Of a stretch of DNA of 64,000 bases, positions 48,416-58,198 are shown piece after piece. Under the pieces are notes generated by a model. That model searched no databases. It had not been told where the DNA came from and was given only the letters and a program-made list of their open reading frames with translations. A program made the position numbers and the translations under genes. This stretch comes from a virus, in the IMG/VR virus record IMGVR_UViG_3300031673_000012, positions 21,419 to 85,418 of that record, one strand, 5' to 3'. Every line of letters begins with the position of its first letter. Within the stretch, counting starts at the first letter, position 1.

Positions 48416-49138
48416 TTATAATAAGGCCACCCTTATAATATCCCCAATACCCCCAATATCCAAAGCCCACCCGATTTGATCTGTATGATCTACAGATAAA
48501 TCATCTACCAAGACATATCCTGTAGTAGCATTATAAACTGAAGAACTTCCGAGTCTTACTGGACCGGCGACTAATAAAGCTGTCTCACATTCTGCAAAGA
48601 TAATAGCAAAGGCTTTCATAACTACTGTTGCTTCTTCCCCTTCAATAGCCTTATTAATAATAGTACCTATAATCTGTTGAGTAGTACTTTCGGGTTGAGC
48701 AGGGGCAATTTTACCATCTGGATTTAAAATTACCGGTTTTCCAATACTCAAATGATTTTGATTATAAGTAGGAGTAATAGTAGCTTGACTAGCACCTAAA
48801 GTTACTACTCCGGTTATAGCTACAAAAGGATTTTCATTACTGGCAACTACTAATTTTATTTTTCTACTGTTAGCTCCAAATGTTACTGCACTTTCTACAC
48901 TAACAAGAGCTTCAAGAGCAGTCTCTATTAACCCCATAGTAGTGGCATGATCTGAAGTAAAAGTTACCTGAGATATAGCAACACCGTCAACAGTTATATT
49001 TATAACGTTATCAGTTACCAAATCAGCAGAAAATGTAAGAATAGCTACATTATCTTCTACTGTGAAAGTCTGATGTAATTTATGACTCTCATGCTTTAGT
49101 AGAATAGTTTTTGGAGAAGACCCAAATATATAAGGCAT
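48416..49138 (-). CDS. Head decoration/cement protein (long paralogue with insertion)
   Basis: N- and C-termini nearly the same as 47927..48358, plus an insert of about 97 aa. Confidence 0.7.
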   Translation of the reverse strand: MPYIFGSSPKTILLKHESHKLHQTFTVEDNVAILTFSADLVTDNVINITVDGVAISQVTFTSDHATTMGLIETALEALVSVESAVTFGANSRKIKLVVASNENPFVAITGVVTLGASQATITPTYNQNHLSIGKPVILNPDGKIAPAQPESTTQQIIGTIINKAIEGEEATVVMKAFAIIFAECETALLVAGPVRLGSSSVYNATTGYVLVDDLSVDHTDQIGWALDIGGIGDIIRVALL

Positions 49139-49158
49139 AATTTAAAAGTTTTTAATTA

Positions 49159-50799
49159 TTATTTATCCTGCTTTTCTTTCATCCAACTCGGAAGAATTAC
49201 TTCACCAACCCCAGAAAACTTATCAATAACTTCTTGGTTAGTCTTTTTAAGAACATCTTTTTCACCATCCTCAACTGTTCTTGCACTAGCTCTGGTTACA
49301 TTAGTTGAACCACAATCGACACATTTAAAATTAAACCTCCCCTCAGTAGCCTTATCATATTGCTTATAAAGAGACTGAAGAGTTTTGTAATCAGCACTTT
49401 GAATAAGGGTGAGAATATTTACATCCTCTTTTCCTTCTTCAATAGTAAGACCATAAAGTCTTTTGGTTTCAGCTTTAAGACTATCAATAGCAGCTTGACC
49501 AGTTTTAGCCAATTCAAGTTGTGCAACCAAGTCTTCTGGAACTCCTTTTTTAAAAGTTCTTAAACTATTAATCTCAATCTCAATAGCTTCAACCCCTTCA
49601 AGATCAAGAATTTTAACTGGTTCAGGAACTTTTTCAGCTTTTGCTTTTAAAACTTTATAATCAATAGCACCAAGCTTTTCCTCATAATTTTCTTCTGTAA
49701 GACTATCTTTCTCCAAGCCAAAGAAAGTTTCAAGAAATCTTAATACATCTTCCATGTTTTCAAAATTTTTATTATCATTATTAATAGTTTCAAGTATTGT
49801 AGTTCCATTTGTGTTAATTATAACTTCCTCAAAATCCCCAGCTTCAAGATTTTTCCAATCCCAACTATAATTTTTAGCTTCATTTTCCTTAGCTTGATTA
49901 TCTGATAAACCATATTGACCCCCAGCATATTGAGGATTAATTATTTTACCATCTTTAATCTTTTGAGCAAATGGATCAGCCCCATGAGATACTAAAGAAG
50001 TTTCATGATAAGCTTTAACATCAGTAACGATTTTTTGAATTAATTTTCCTTCTTTGTCAAAAGTTCCCAACCTATTAAAAAAATCCCCATCTTCCATTGT
50101 AGGATGGGATTTTTTCCAAGCAAAATTAACTGTTACTGAATTAGAATGTATAGATGGAGGATCCATCATTATCCCTCGAGCTATTCGAGGATTAGATTTA
50201 CCATCAATTTTTAATGTAGCATTTATACCAGCTGGTACCTTAATTCCATTAGCAGTATAAGCATTCTGCCATTCTACATTTTTAATAGAACCAATTGCAT
50301 TACCCACAGCAGTTTCATGATCTATATGAATTGTTTGACCAATTAACTTATACATACTCTTTTTAAGAACATCAGTCGGAAAATAAATAGGATTAGATGC
50401 AGCATGAACTGTTACATTAGAAAGCATCCTAAAAATAGGTTCAATAAATTCAGCATCTTGTGGATTTAAATCTTCAGCTTTTACATCTGGATAATATGTA
50501 GAATAATTTGGAGTTGCTCTATCGAATAAACCAAATTGTTGAATATCCTGAGGTTCGTCTTCGAGTTTTTGATTTACCTGAGACATTTGAACAGATTCGG
50601 GTTTATGTTTCATAATAAGAGCATGCCCTGAGTTAAAAGTTGCTTCTTCTAAATAAACTAGGTGTTTCATATCATAATTTGCATTTGACTTTTTAGCTAT
50701 ATATGCCCGATAAGCTCGATCAGCAGCTGCTTTAGATGTATACATGCATGGCCCAGTTCCAATTCTCCACTTCCCATTTGAACATTTATATACTGGCAT
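49159..50799 (-). CDS. Prohead protease/scaffold protein
   Basis: IHIDH...NAIG, HSNSV, HETSLVSHGADPFA; helical C-terminal region; between portal and capsid genes. Confidence 0.8.
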   Translation of the reverse strand: MPVYKCSNGKWRIGTGPCMYTSKAAADRAYRAYIAKKSNANYDMKHLVYLEEATFNSGHALIMKHKPESVQMSQVNQKLEDEPQDIQQFGLFDRATPNYSTYYPDVKAEDLNPQDAEFIEPIFRMLSNVTVHAASNPIYFPTDVLKKSMYKLIGQTIHIDHETAVGNAIGSIKNVEWQNAYTANGIKVPAGINATLKIDGKSNPRIARGIMMDPPSIHSNSVTVNFAWKKSHPTMEDGDFFNRLGTFDKEGKLIQKIVTDVKAYHETSLVSHGADPFAQKIKDGKIINPQYAGGQYGLSDNQAKENEAKNYSWDWKNLEAGDFEEVIINTNGTTILETINNDNKNFENMEDVLRFLETFFGLEKDSLTEENYEEKLGAIDYKVLKAKAEKVPEPVKILDLEGVEAIEIEINSLRTFKKGVPEDLVAQLELAKTGQAAIDSLKAETKRLYGLTIEEGKEDVNILTLIQSADYKTLQSLYKQYDKATEGRFNFKCVDCGSTNVTRASARTVEDGEKDVLKKTNQEVIDKFSGVGEVILPSWMKEKQDK

Positions 50800-50834
50800 A
50801 ATAAATAAGTATAATATAAGAAAAAATAGTATTG

Positions 50835-52322
50835 TTATCTATTCATAAGATCTATTATGAAATTTACTAATTCATCAGCTGTAGCTTTTTGTTCCCCTTT
50901 TTTAGGTTGGGATTTGGCTTTATCTCGAATCTTCTTATCAGACTTATCATTTTGATCTTGACGTTTTTCTTGATCAGACCCTTTATCATTTAAAGGACCT
51001 CGAGGTTCTTCTGCATCAGGTTTATCATAACCAAGTTCATCAGCCATTTGTTGCATACCAATAGCTCCAGCCATATATTTATTATAAACATTTCTAATCT
51101 TATATTCTTGAGCTTGTTGAAATTTAAGTTCATCAGTAATAGTAGATGGATTAAATTCCACTTGTAAATTCTTAAAATCAAACCCAGCTAATTTTAATTC
51201 AAGAGTATAACCAAGTTTTAAATTAGCTGCTACTAATTTTTGTACATTTTGTAATTGAGATAACATTTTTGTAAAAATAATATTAATCCCAGTTTCACTT
51301 CCCTTACGCCCTGCCCCTATAAATTCAGATGCCATTTTTAATCCATTAGCAACCTGAATTTCATTAAGTTCATAAATATCACCAACCCCATTAAGATTTT
51401 TAGTAGTAGAATTAAATTCAAACTCATGATCTTCTTGATATCCTACTACTACCCCTTCTTTAATACCATCAAGAACATTATCTTTAGCTTCAGTAAGAAC
51501 CCTTATTAATCTTAACCTATATTGATCATCACTTTCACCAGTTTTTTGCCCAGGTTTTGCCATTAATAATTGAGTAAATCCTAATAACCCGATTTGTTTC
51601 ATAATAAATCTAATATTTTTATCCATATCACCTTGAGTAGTTAAAGCATTCATAGCCGTTAAATAAGGTGGTATACCATAAGGAATATCAGTATCTCCAT
51701 TAAGTCCAAAATATTTAAATGTAATAGGATTTAACTTTACATATTTTTCACCAATTGTTTCTCCTGTATTTGAATCTTGTTTTTGATACGGGAAAAATCT
51801 TAATTTCTTTTTATTCCATTGAAAAACAATAGTTTCTGGGTTAACTAAAGCAATATGATTTATTCCAGTTTTATCATTATTAACAACCCACTCATTAGCT
51901 AATGCCCCAGCTATCCAAATTTGGGAAATCATTTTATTAACTAACCCATTCATCCCAGCTACACCATCACCCCATTGAAATTGTTTAGTATCAAGATGAA
52001 GTCTCATTTTTTCCTGTTCTTCTGAAGATTCACCTTTATCAAACTTAACTCTATGACCAGTATTAGTTAACTGAACCATATCGTTTACTGCTACCCCAAC
52101 ATCAGGATTAATCCAAGAGAGTTTTCTTATAACAGGAATATAAGCTGAAATATAACCTGGAGTGATAAATGTAACTTGATTTTTAACATCAACAAAGGCA
52201 TCGGTCCCAAAAGTAGGTCTACTTGATCTACCAGGAGGAACTATTGCCTTATTTTTTGATATTGGCTCCGACTTTGGAGCCATACTTTTTTTCTTTCTTC
52301 TTAACAAATCAAATATAGCCAT
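50835..52322 (-). CDS. Portal protein
   Basis: Follows TerL; 495 aa; PYGIPPY motif. Confidence 0.8.
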   Translation of the reverse strand: MAIFDLLRRKKKSMAPKSEPISKNKAIVPPGRSSRPTFGTDAFVDVKNQVTFITPGYISAYIPVIRKLSWINPDVGVAVNDMVQLTNTGHRVKFDKGESSEEQEKMRLHLDTKQFQWGDGVAGMNGLVNKMISQIWIAGALANEWVVNNDKTGINHIALVNPETIVFQWNKKKLRFFPYQKQDSNTGETIGEKYVKLNPITFKYFGLNGDTDIPYGIPPYLTAMNALTTQGDMDKNIRFIMKQIGLLGFTQLLMAKPGQKTGESDDQYRLRLIRVLTEAKDNVLDGIKEGVVVGYQEDHEFEFNSTTKNLNGVGDIYELNEIQVANGLKMASEFIGAGRKGSETGINIIFTKMLSQLQNVQKLVAANLKLGYTLELKLAGFDFKNLQVEFNPSTITDELKFQQAQEYKIRNVYNKYMAGAIGMQQMADELGYDKPDAEEPRGPLNDKGSDQEKRQDQNDKSDKKIRDKAKSQPKKGEQKATADELVNFIIDLMNR

Positions 52323-52355
52323 GTTATATATAATTTCTAGTATTGAATATTAAAA

Positions 52356-53861
52356 TTATTGTGGGGCTACGACAGTTGTGGTTATTTTCCCCTTTCGAAT
52401 AAAATTAGTAATTGCTTCACCTAATATACTATCATCAGTGTAAGTATTCTCATCTTCTAAAATATCCCCCTCTTCAGTACCTCTAGAATGTTTTCCCATA
52501 GCCATAGGTCTATTTCTCTCATCATAAATAAAAGTATAAGCTTCTTGTACAAAAAATTTATTAGTAATCATAACTTGATCATTTCTGATATCTTCTTCTA
52601 ACTCATCAATTATAATAGGCCTATTCCTTCTATCTGTATACCATCCTGGTAATTTACTTTTCTTTGGTTTTGATTCTCCTTTTTCTTTTAAAAATTTGGT
52701 TGTATAAAATAAATTAGGATATCCAGCTTCTTGTATTTTTGTAGTTACTGATAACCCTATATCATTACTTTCAGGAGCTACTACTGCTTGATTATATTTA
52801 GTACCATAATCCATTAATAAATTTGCAAACTGACCTACTGCTATTTTACCTTTAAAATAAGCTACTTCATCTCCCCCACGTGTCATAATAGAAAAGGCAG
52901 AATAATCTTTACTCCTACCAGTTGCAATATCAGCACCTAAGTAATATTTTTCTTTTGGGTCTGGTAACTTAACCTCAACAAGGTTTCCCCCTAATCTAAT
53001 TCTATGAATTTCTAACTCAGTAAGAAAATCCTCAATAGCTTTGATATCTGTAAGATCAAAAACTGAATTACCAGAAGTAAGAAAGTCTCCATCAATTTCT
53101 TGAGCTGTTCTTCTTGGACCCAAAGCACTTGACATAATCCTATACCATTCATCATCTCTTTCAGGGTGCATTCTCCAAAATAACCTGATTGGAAAAAATT
53201 CATTTCCACCAGCTACGGCATCTACCCATTGTTTATGATAAAAATTACCAACTCCGTAAGGTGTAGAATTTAAAATTGCTGATCCCCCAGTTGAAAGGGT
53301 TGGAAAAGCTGCTGCCCAAATTTGAGTAGACCATCTAACAATTGCTGCTTCATCAATAACAAGAAGTGAAACTGCTTCCGATCTACCAGCATCTTCTGTT
53401 GTAGGGATACTAGAAATAGTTGATCCATTTGAAAATTCAATTTCTGTACTAGTCCCAATCTCTCCAGGTCTCCCGTTAATAATCCTAATTTTCAAAAAAT
53501 CAGGAATATTACGATACATATACTTTATTCTCCTAAGTACCTTTTTAGCAACCCTGTCTTTGATCGATATTATTTGGATATTTTTATTGAAATGAAACAT
53601 TGCCAACCAAAGGCAATACATTGAAATTAATTCTGTTAATCCAGCTTGTCTAAATTTTAATACTATATTGAATCTATTTCTAAGGAAATAATATAAAACA
53701 GATTTTTGATACTCATAAAGGTCAAAGTTAACTTTTCCTCTTACAGGATGGATTACATAAACAAATTGAGAAAAATAAAAAGGGTCTCTGGAGACCTTTT
53801 CTATAATTTTAAATTGTTCTATTGTAATACCATTACCTGATTCAATCTCGACTTTTGCCAT
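52356..53861 (-). CDS. terL: Terminase large subunit
   Basis: LKFRQAGLT, LLVIDEAA, STPYG, LGADIATG..KDYS, DDSI. Confidence 0.95.
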   Translation of the reverse strand: MAKVEIESGNGITIEQFKIIEKVSRDPFYFSQFVYVIHPVRGKVNFDLYEYQKSVLYYFLRNRFNIVLKFRQAGLTELISMYCLWLAMFHFNKNIQIISIKDRVAKKVLRRIKYMYRNIPDFLKIRIINGRPGEIGTSTEIEFSNGSTISSIPTTEDAGRSEAVSLLVIDEAAIVRWSTQIWAAAFPTLSTGGSAILNSTPYGVGNFYHKQWVDAVAGGNEFFPIRLFWRMHPERDDEWYRIMSSALGPRRTAQEIDGDFLTSGNSVFDLTDIKAIEDFLTELEIHRIRLGGNLVEVKLPDPKEKYYLGADIATGRSKDYSAFSIMTRGGDEVAYFKGKIAVGQFANLLMDYGTKYNQAVVAPESNDIGLSVTTKIQEAGYPNLFYTTKFLKEKGESKPKKSKLPGWYTDRRNRPIIIDELEEDIRNDQVMITNKFFVQEAYTFIYDERNRPMAMGKHSRGTEEGDILEDENTYTDDSILGEAITNFIRKGKITTTVVAPQ

Positions 53862-53909
53862 ATAATATGAAAGGGATAAAAAAAAGGAGGATTTAAATTT
53901 CTGATAAGA

Positions 53910-53946
53910 AATAGGATAATATAAGAATATCTTATATTATCCTATT
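53910..53946. repeat. Perfect 17-bp inverted repeat
   Basis: AATAGGATAATATAAGA-ATA-TCTTATATTATCCTATT. Confidence 0.9.
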
Positions 53947-54000
53947 AATTATGAAGAGATTAGAAGGTTTATTAGATACTTATTATATCAATATTTATAT

Positions 54001-54085
54001 GGATGCCTGAGAGGGCGGATATTAAAAATAAATATATTATTATTTTATTTAATAATATATTATTTTTATATCGCCCGAGGCACCC
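54001..54085. repeat. Long imperfect inverted repeat with GC-rich base and AT-rich apex
   Basis: ggatgcct...gggcg.atat.aaaaata.atatattatta pairs with taataatatattatttttatatcgcccgaggcaccc. Confidence 0.8.
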
Positions 54086-54136
54086 TAAAATTTGAAAAAT
54101 TGGATTTTTTAAAGAAAGGAAAAAGGAAATCAGAAA

Positions 54137-54877
54137 TTAAGCCTTTTTCTTTGATTTCTCAGTCTTTATTCCTTTCTTTATAGGTTTAATTTCTGATTTA
54201 TCTGGGGATTTATCTGAGGTCCTAATATTAATCAGTTCTTCCTGAACTTCTTTAAGTGCTCGGATCAGGGGCGGATAAGGAAATGGGTCAGATTTATCTT
54301 CTCGGACTGTACAATGGGTCCATATTCCAGGAAGGTGGTCCTTAATTACTTTAGGATTAAATTCGAAAATGGTTTTAATCTCATTTTCAAAACCTAATTT
54401 AGGAAAATCTATAGTATTTTTACCTATTAACCATTTAAGAGATTCAAGTTGGTTCTCACTATAAGCATGCCAGTATTTAAACCCTTTCCATGGTTTATCA
54501 AATATATATACTTCTTCATCCGGTATAATTGTGTATCTCATTTTATTTGGCCATAAAGGATAAAATCTGAACTCACCTTTTTCAGAATAAATTGGACCAG
54601 CAGATACCAATTCTATATTGATACTGTGCATTTCATGCCAATTATCATCCTTCTTAATCCCTAAATGATATGCCCACATTTTAGGATCAAAACATTCTAT
54701 AATGGACCCATCTCTATCAATTATAAATGGAGTTCCTACTCTTTCAGGAGTAGAATTCCACCATCTCCAAGCACTCATAGCATTAGTACTAACAGTATGA
54801 TGAAGAAATTGGGAAAACTTTTCATACTCTTGGGTAAGGTATTGCCCATTAGTTAAATGTTTTTTTATAGTATCCAT
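54137..54877 (-). CDS. N-acetylmuramoyl-L-alanine amidase (endolysin)
   Basis: LHHT, WAYH, SINIEL, WTHCTVREDKSDP. Confidence 0.85.
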   Translation of the reverse strand: MDTIKKHLTNGQYLTQEYEKFSQFLHHTVSTNAMSAWRWWNSTPERVGTPFIIDRDGSIIECFDPKMWAYHLGIKKDDNWHEMHSINIELVSAGPIYSEKGEFRFYPLWPNKMRYTIIPDEEVYIFDKPWKGFKYWHAYSENQLESLKWLIGKNTIDFPKLGFENEIKTIFEFNPKVIKDHLPGIWTHCTVREDKSDPFPYPPLIRALKEVQEELINIRTSDKSPDKSEIKPIKKGIKTEKSKKKA

Positions 54878-55878
54878 TTTTCGGATTTTTTAAGTTGTTT
54901 ATAAAACCAACGACCTATTTCGTATGGGGGTGTTTTAGTAACTGTTGTTCTACCTTTATTAATACAAAAACCTTTCTTATCTTTATCCATCCAAATTTTA
55001 AAAGTATCCGGAATCCCTTGAATCCTTGCTAATTCTCTTGGAGACATTTGTAAGCCTTGATCATTAAATTGACGGTTAGCTTTACGAGCAACAGCTGGAT
55101 AACCTTTATCAAGATTTCTATAAACTCCGGGGGCTGTAGTAAATTTCTTATTATTAACTTGCCACCTTTTTTGTTCTGGATTATTTAACCAATATTCTTG
55201 GATTTTTCTTAAGGTTATTCTAAATCCTGCATACATAGTAATAATATCTGAAATATCTTCTCTTATATGCCCAATCTCTAAAATTTCACCTTCTCTTAAT
55301 CCAATTAGTAATTCCTTACATGTTTTAAGTTTATTTATCTTATATACATTAAAAAATTGGTATTGTACTTTCGATAAATTATTACCAAAAATTTCTTTCC
55401 TTAATCCAATGATAACTAATCTTATTCGAGTTTTTTGTGAATTACCCCACTCAGTTACTGATAATGAATGAAAGATTAATTCATAATTAGGAAAAGATTT
55501 CTCCCAGACTTCTTTTGGCACCATTTCTAAAGTCTTTGGTAGATTCTCCATCATAAAAACTTTCGGTTTATAATATTTTAGTCCTATTAAAAATAATTCA
55601 AAACTCTCATCTTTCATAGGATCTGAAGTTTTTTTAGCTCTACTATAAGCTAACATAGAACTATGACCGCAGTTAGGAGCCCCAACTATAACATCGCATG
55701 ATATAGCTCGAGTCATATCTACTGGGTTTGTATAAAGTGGTATATTTGGAAAATTAAGTTTCCACTGTATATCTTCAGGGGTTTTAAAATTAGAACGAAT
55801 TTCTATATTCCCAATTAGATATTTTCTCATGGGATAGAGTATGACCCCATTTCCTCCACAAATTCCTAATATTCTCAT
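54865..55878 (-). CDS. Divergent DNA cytosine-C5 methyltransferase
   Basis: ICGGNG (I), GAPNCG (IV), MENLP (VI), QKTRIR (VIII), RELARIQGIPD (IX). Confidence 0.78.
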   Translation of the reverse strand: MRILGICGGNGVILYPMRKYLIGNIEIRSNFKTPEDIQWKLNFPNIPLYTNPVDMTRAISCDVIVGAPNCGHSSMLAYSRAKKTSDPMKDESFELFLIGLKYYKPKVFMMENLPKTLEMVPKEVWEKSFPNYELIFHSLSVTEWGNSQKTRIRLVIIGLRKEIFGNNLSKVQYQFFNVYKINKLKTCKELLIGLREGEILEIGHIREDISDIITMYAGFRITLRKIQEYWLNNPEQKRWQVNNKKFTTAPGVYRNLDKGYPAVARKANRQFNDQGLQMSPRELARIQGIPDTFKIWMDKDKKGFCINKGRTTVTKTPPYEIGRWFYKQLKKSEKWIL

Positions 55879-55935
55879 GTTTTTAAGAATTTTAGTCTTG
55901 CGAATTAGATAATATACTATTTTAAATAAAATATC

Positions 55936-56178
55936 ATGGAGGAAGAAATTAATACTTATTTTTCAGATATATCAAAATTATTAAATGGTCAATTAAGGGG
56001 ACCTATTAATAAAAAGGCTAGAGAAGAAAATTTAGAATTAATACAATTAACTATTAGTGATGTTTTTGAAAAAGGTTATAATTTAGGGAAATCTGTTAGG
56101 GAAAATGAAAATAATGTGGATAAATTAAAATCAGAATTAGGTATAAAACCAGAAAAAGATGACGATAAAGGATCTTGA
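55936..56178 (+). CDS. Hypothetical protein
   Basis: First ORF of the plus-strand cluster. Confidence 0.55.
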   Translation: MEEEINTYFSDISKLLNGQLRGPINKKAREENLELIQLTISDVFEKGYNLGKSVRENENNVDKLKSELGIKPEKDDDKGS

Positions 56179-56332
56179 AATTCTTTTTAGAAAAGAAACT
56201 GGTATGTATCCACCATTCAGTAGATTTATAAATAATGGTGATATAAAACGAAAAAAAATAGCTTCAGAAAAATCCTATATAGAATGGCTTAAAGAAAAAT
56301 TCTTTAGTAATGGTTCAATCAAAAGTAAATAG
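56159..56332 (+). CDS. Hypothetical protein (57 aa, not in track)
   Basis: Manual translation MTIKDLEILFRKETG...SYIEWLKEKF; bridges two ORFs. Confidence 0.55.
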   Translation: MTIKDLEILFRKETGMYPPFSRFINNGDIKRKKIASEKSYIEWLKEKFFSNGSIKSK

Positions 56333-56621
56333 ATATCTAATTGCAGGTTCAATCTTATTAGACCAAGAACTTATTAAGCTCGGTTATACTCATGTTAGTA
56401 CTAAGGGTGGTGGAACTAATGAAGTTAAAGAATTTAGGAATAAGGATAAAATTGTATTAACAGGTTATTGGAAAATAACCATTACCCATATTGAACCAAC
56501 GAAAGAAATTCAATTATATTCGGGGTTTTCTATTGAAGATCAAGTTTTAAAATTCCTTACAGAAAGAAACCTTTTTGAAATAAAAACAGAAAAAGATGAC
56601 AAACCTATTTCTGGGAAATGA
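56310..56621 (+). CDS. Hypothetical protein
   Basis: Overlaps neighbouring ORFs. Confidence 0.55.
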   Translation: MVQSKVNRYLIAGSILLDQELIKLGYTHVSTKGGGTNEVKEFRNKDKIVLTGYWKITITHIEPTKEIQLYSGFSIEDQVLKFLTERNLFEIKTEKDDKPISGK

Positions 56622-57075
56622 GGGAGCAATTATAAGTGATGATAAGAATTATCGTTATGCTCTTTGGCGTATTTGGGATCATAGATTAAAACTTATTATG
56701 TTTATCATGTTGAATCCTTCAACAGCAGATGAAAAGAAAAATGATCCAACTATTCATAAATGTATTACTTATGCTAAACGTTGGGGATATGGTGGTATTT
56801 TGATTGGTAACCTTTATGCCTTTAGAAGTACTAATCCTTTAGCTCTAAATTTTGAATCTAATCCAGTTGGTCCAGATTGTGATTTTTATTTATCTGAAAT
56901 GATAAAACATGTTGATTTAAAGATAGCTGCTTGGGGTAATAATGGAATTACAAAGGGGAGAACTGATAAAGTTAAATCACTTATGGGTAAATTGCATTAT
57001 TTAGAATTATCAAAATCAGGTAATCCAAAACACCCATTATATCTTAGAAAAACTCTAAAACCTCAGAGTTTCTAG
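56596..57075 (+). CDS. DUF1643 family protein
   Basis: YRYALWRIWD, FIMLNPSTAD..NDPTI, NLYAFRSTNP, AAWG, PKHPLY. Confidence 0.9.
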   Translation: MTNLFLGNEGAIISDDKNYRYALWRIWDHRLKLIMFIMLNPSTADEKKNDPTIHKCITYAKRWGYGGILIGNLYAFRSTNPLALNFESNPVGPDCDFYLSEMIKHVDLKIAAWGNNGITKGRTDKVKSLMGKLHYLELSKSGNPKHPLYLRKTLKPQSF

Positions 57076-57132
57076 TATTTGGAAAATATTACACCAAAAG
57101 ACTATTATTATATATAACATTATTAACTAGAT

Positions 57133-57345
57133 ATGAGCAAAGCTTTAATAGATACTGATCCTATGCCTTTCGGAAGATTCAAAGGAACTGCTTTGGCTAA
57201 TGTCCCAGCTTCGTATTTACGATGGGTTAAAGAAAATGTATATAAAAATCCATCTAATGAAGGTTTATTTAAATATATCTATGAAAATTGGGATGCAATT
57301 TCTAAAGAATTGGAAAATGAAGAAAAGGGTAAATCTGGGTCCTAG
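57133..57345 (+). CDS. DUF3820-like small protein
   Basis: MPFGRFKG..LANVPASYLRW. Confidence 0.75.
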   Translation: MSKALIDTDPMPFGRFKGTALANVPASYLRWVKENVYKNPSNEGLFKYIYENWDAISKELENEEKGKSGS

Positions 57346-57505
57346 TTTAGGTAAAAAATATGTTAAAATTAATCAAAAGACTTGGATTGAAGTAAATGAA
57401 AATATTCCTGATGAACAAGCTATTGAAGAATATTTAAAAAAATTAGAGAATAGAGAAAAAAGACCAATAGGTAGACTTATTTATAAAGAAAAAAAGAATG
57501 GCTGA
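57317..57505 (+). CDS. Hypothetical protein
   Basis: ATG at 57317 is a more likely start than 57200. Confidence 0.5.
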   Translation: MKKRVNLGPSLGKKYVKINQKTWIEVNENIPDEQAIEEYLKKLENREKRPIGRLIYKEKKNG

Positions 57506-57842
57506 TGACTTTTATAAATTTAAAGAAATCTGTGATAAACTTATAGAGCATGGGTGGAGTACTCCTAATATTGCTCGTGAAACTGGTTTATCTACACCAA
57601 CTATACATGGTATTATTCATGGTAGGACAACAAATATTCGAACTTCTACTATGAATAATATTAAACGTTTTGTAAAGATCCATGATGAAGATCAACTACA
57701 TAATGGGGAATCTAAATTTTCAGTACAGAAAAAAACCATGTTAGAAGAAGTAAAGGAACATAAATTTTATTCTAATATTGCTAAATTATTGAGATCAGTT
57801 CCAGAAGGATTAACTGTTAATGTAATAATAAAAAAATTATGA
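57498..57842 (+). CDS. XRE-like HTH DNA-binding protein
   Basis: GWSTPNIARETGLSTPTIHGIIHGRT. Confidence 0.75.
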   Translation: MADDFYKFKEICDKLIEHGWSTPNIARETGLSTPTIHGIIHGRTTNIRTSTMNNIKRFVKIHDEDQLHNGESKFSVQKKTMLEEVKEHKFYSNIAKLLRSVPEGLTVNVIIKKL

Positions 57843-58195
57843 AATTTACCATGAGACTAATCCGTTATTTAACCCAAGATTTAGTAGATTTAACTTTATT
57901 CACCTTTTTCGTTATAGTTCTTATCAAAAACTTTATTGAAAAATGGTATGAGATTAATATAGCTATTCTCGCAGCTAATATTTTCATTATCCTTTATATT
58001 CTCGGAACAACTTGGAGAATAGGAAATTTACGGGATATTGCAAATGAAATAATAAGAGATAATGCTGTAAGAAAACGTCTAAAATTAAATGTATTTTCTC
58101 TTAGGTATAGACGTAAGAAAAAATATATAATGGGTTGGGTATGGTATATTTTAGTTACTGCTGTTTTTGTTTATGTATTATTAATTAATAAATAA
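57839..58195 (+). CDS. Membrane protein (3 TM)
   Basis: Three hydrophobic segments. Confidence 0.6.
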   Translation: MKFTMRLIRYLTQDLVDLTLFTFFVIVLIKNFIEKWYEINIAILAANIFIILYILGTTWRIGNLRDIANEIIRDNAVRKRLKLNVFSLRYRRKKKYIMGWVWYILVTAVFVYVLLINK

Positions 58196-58198
58196 CTA

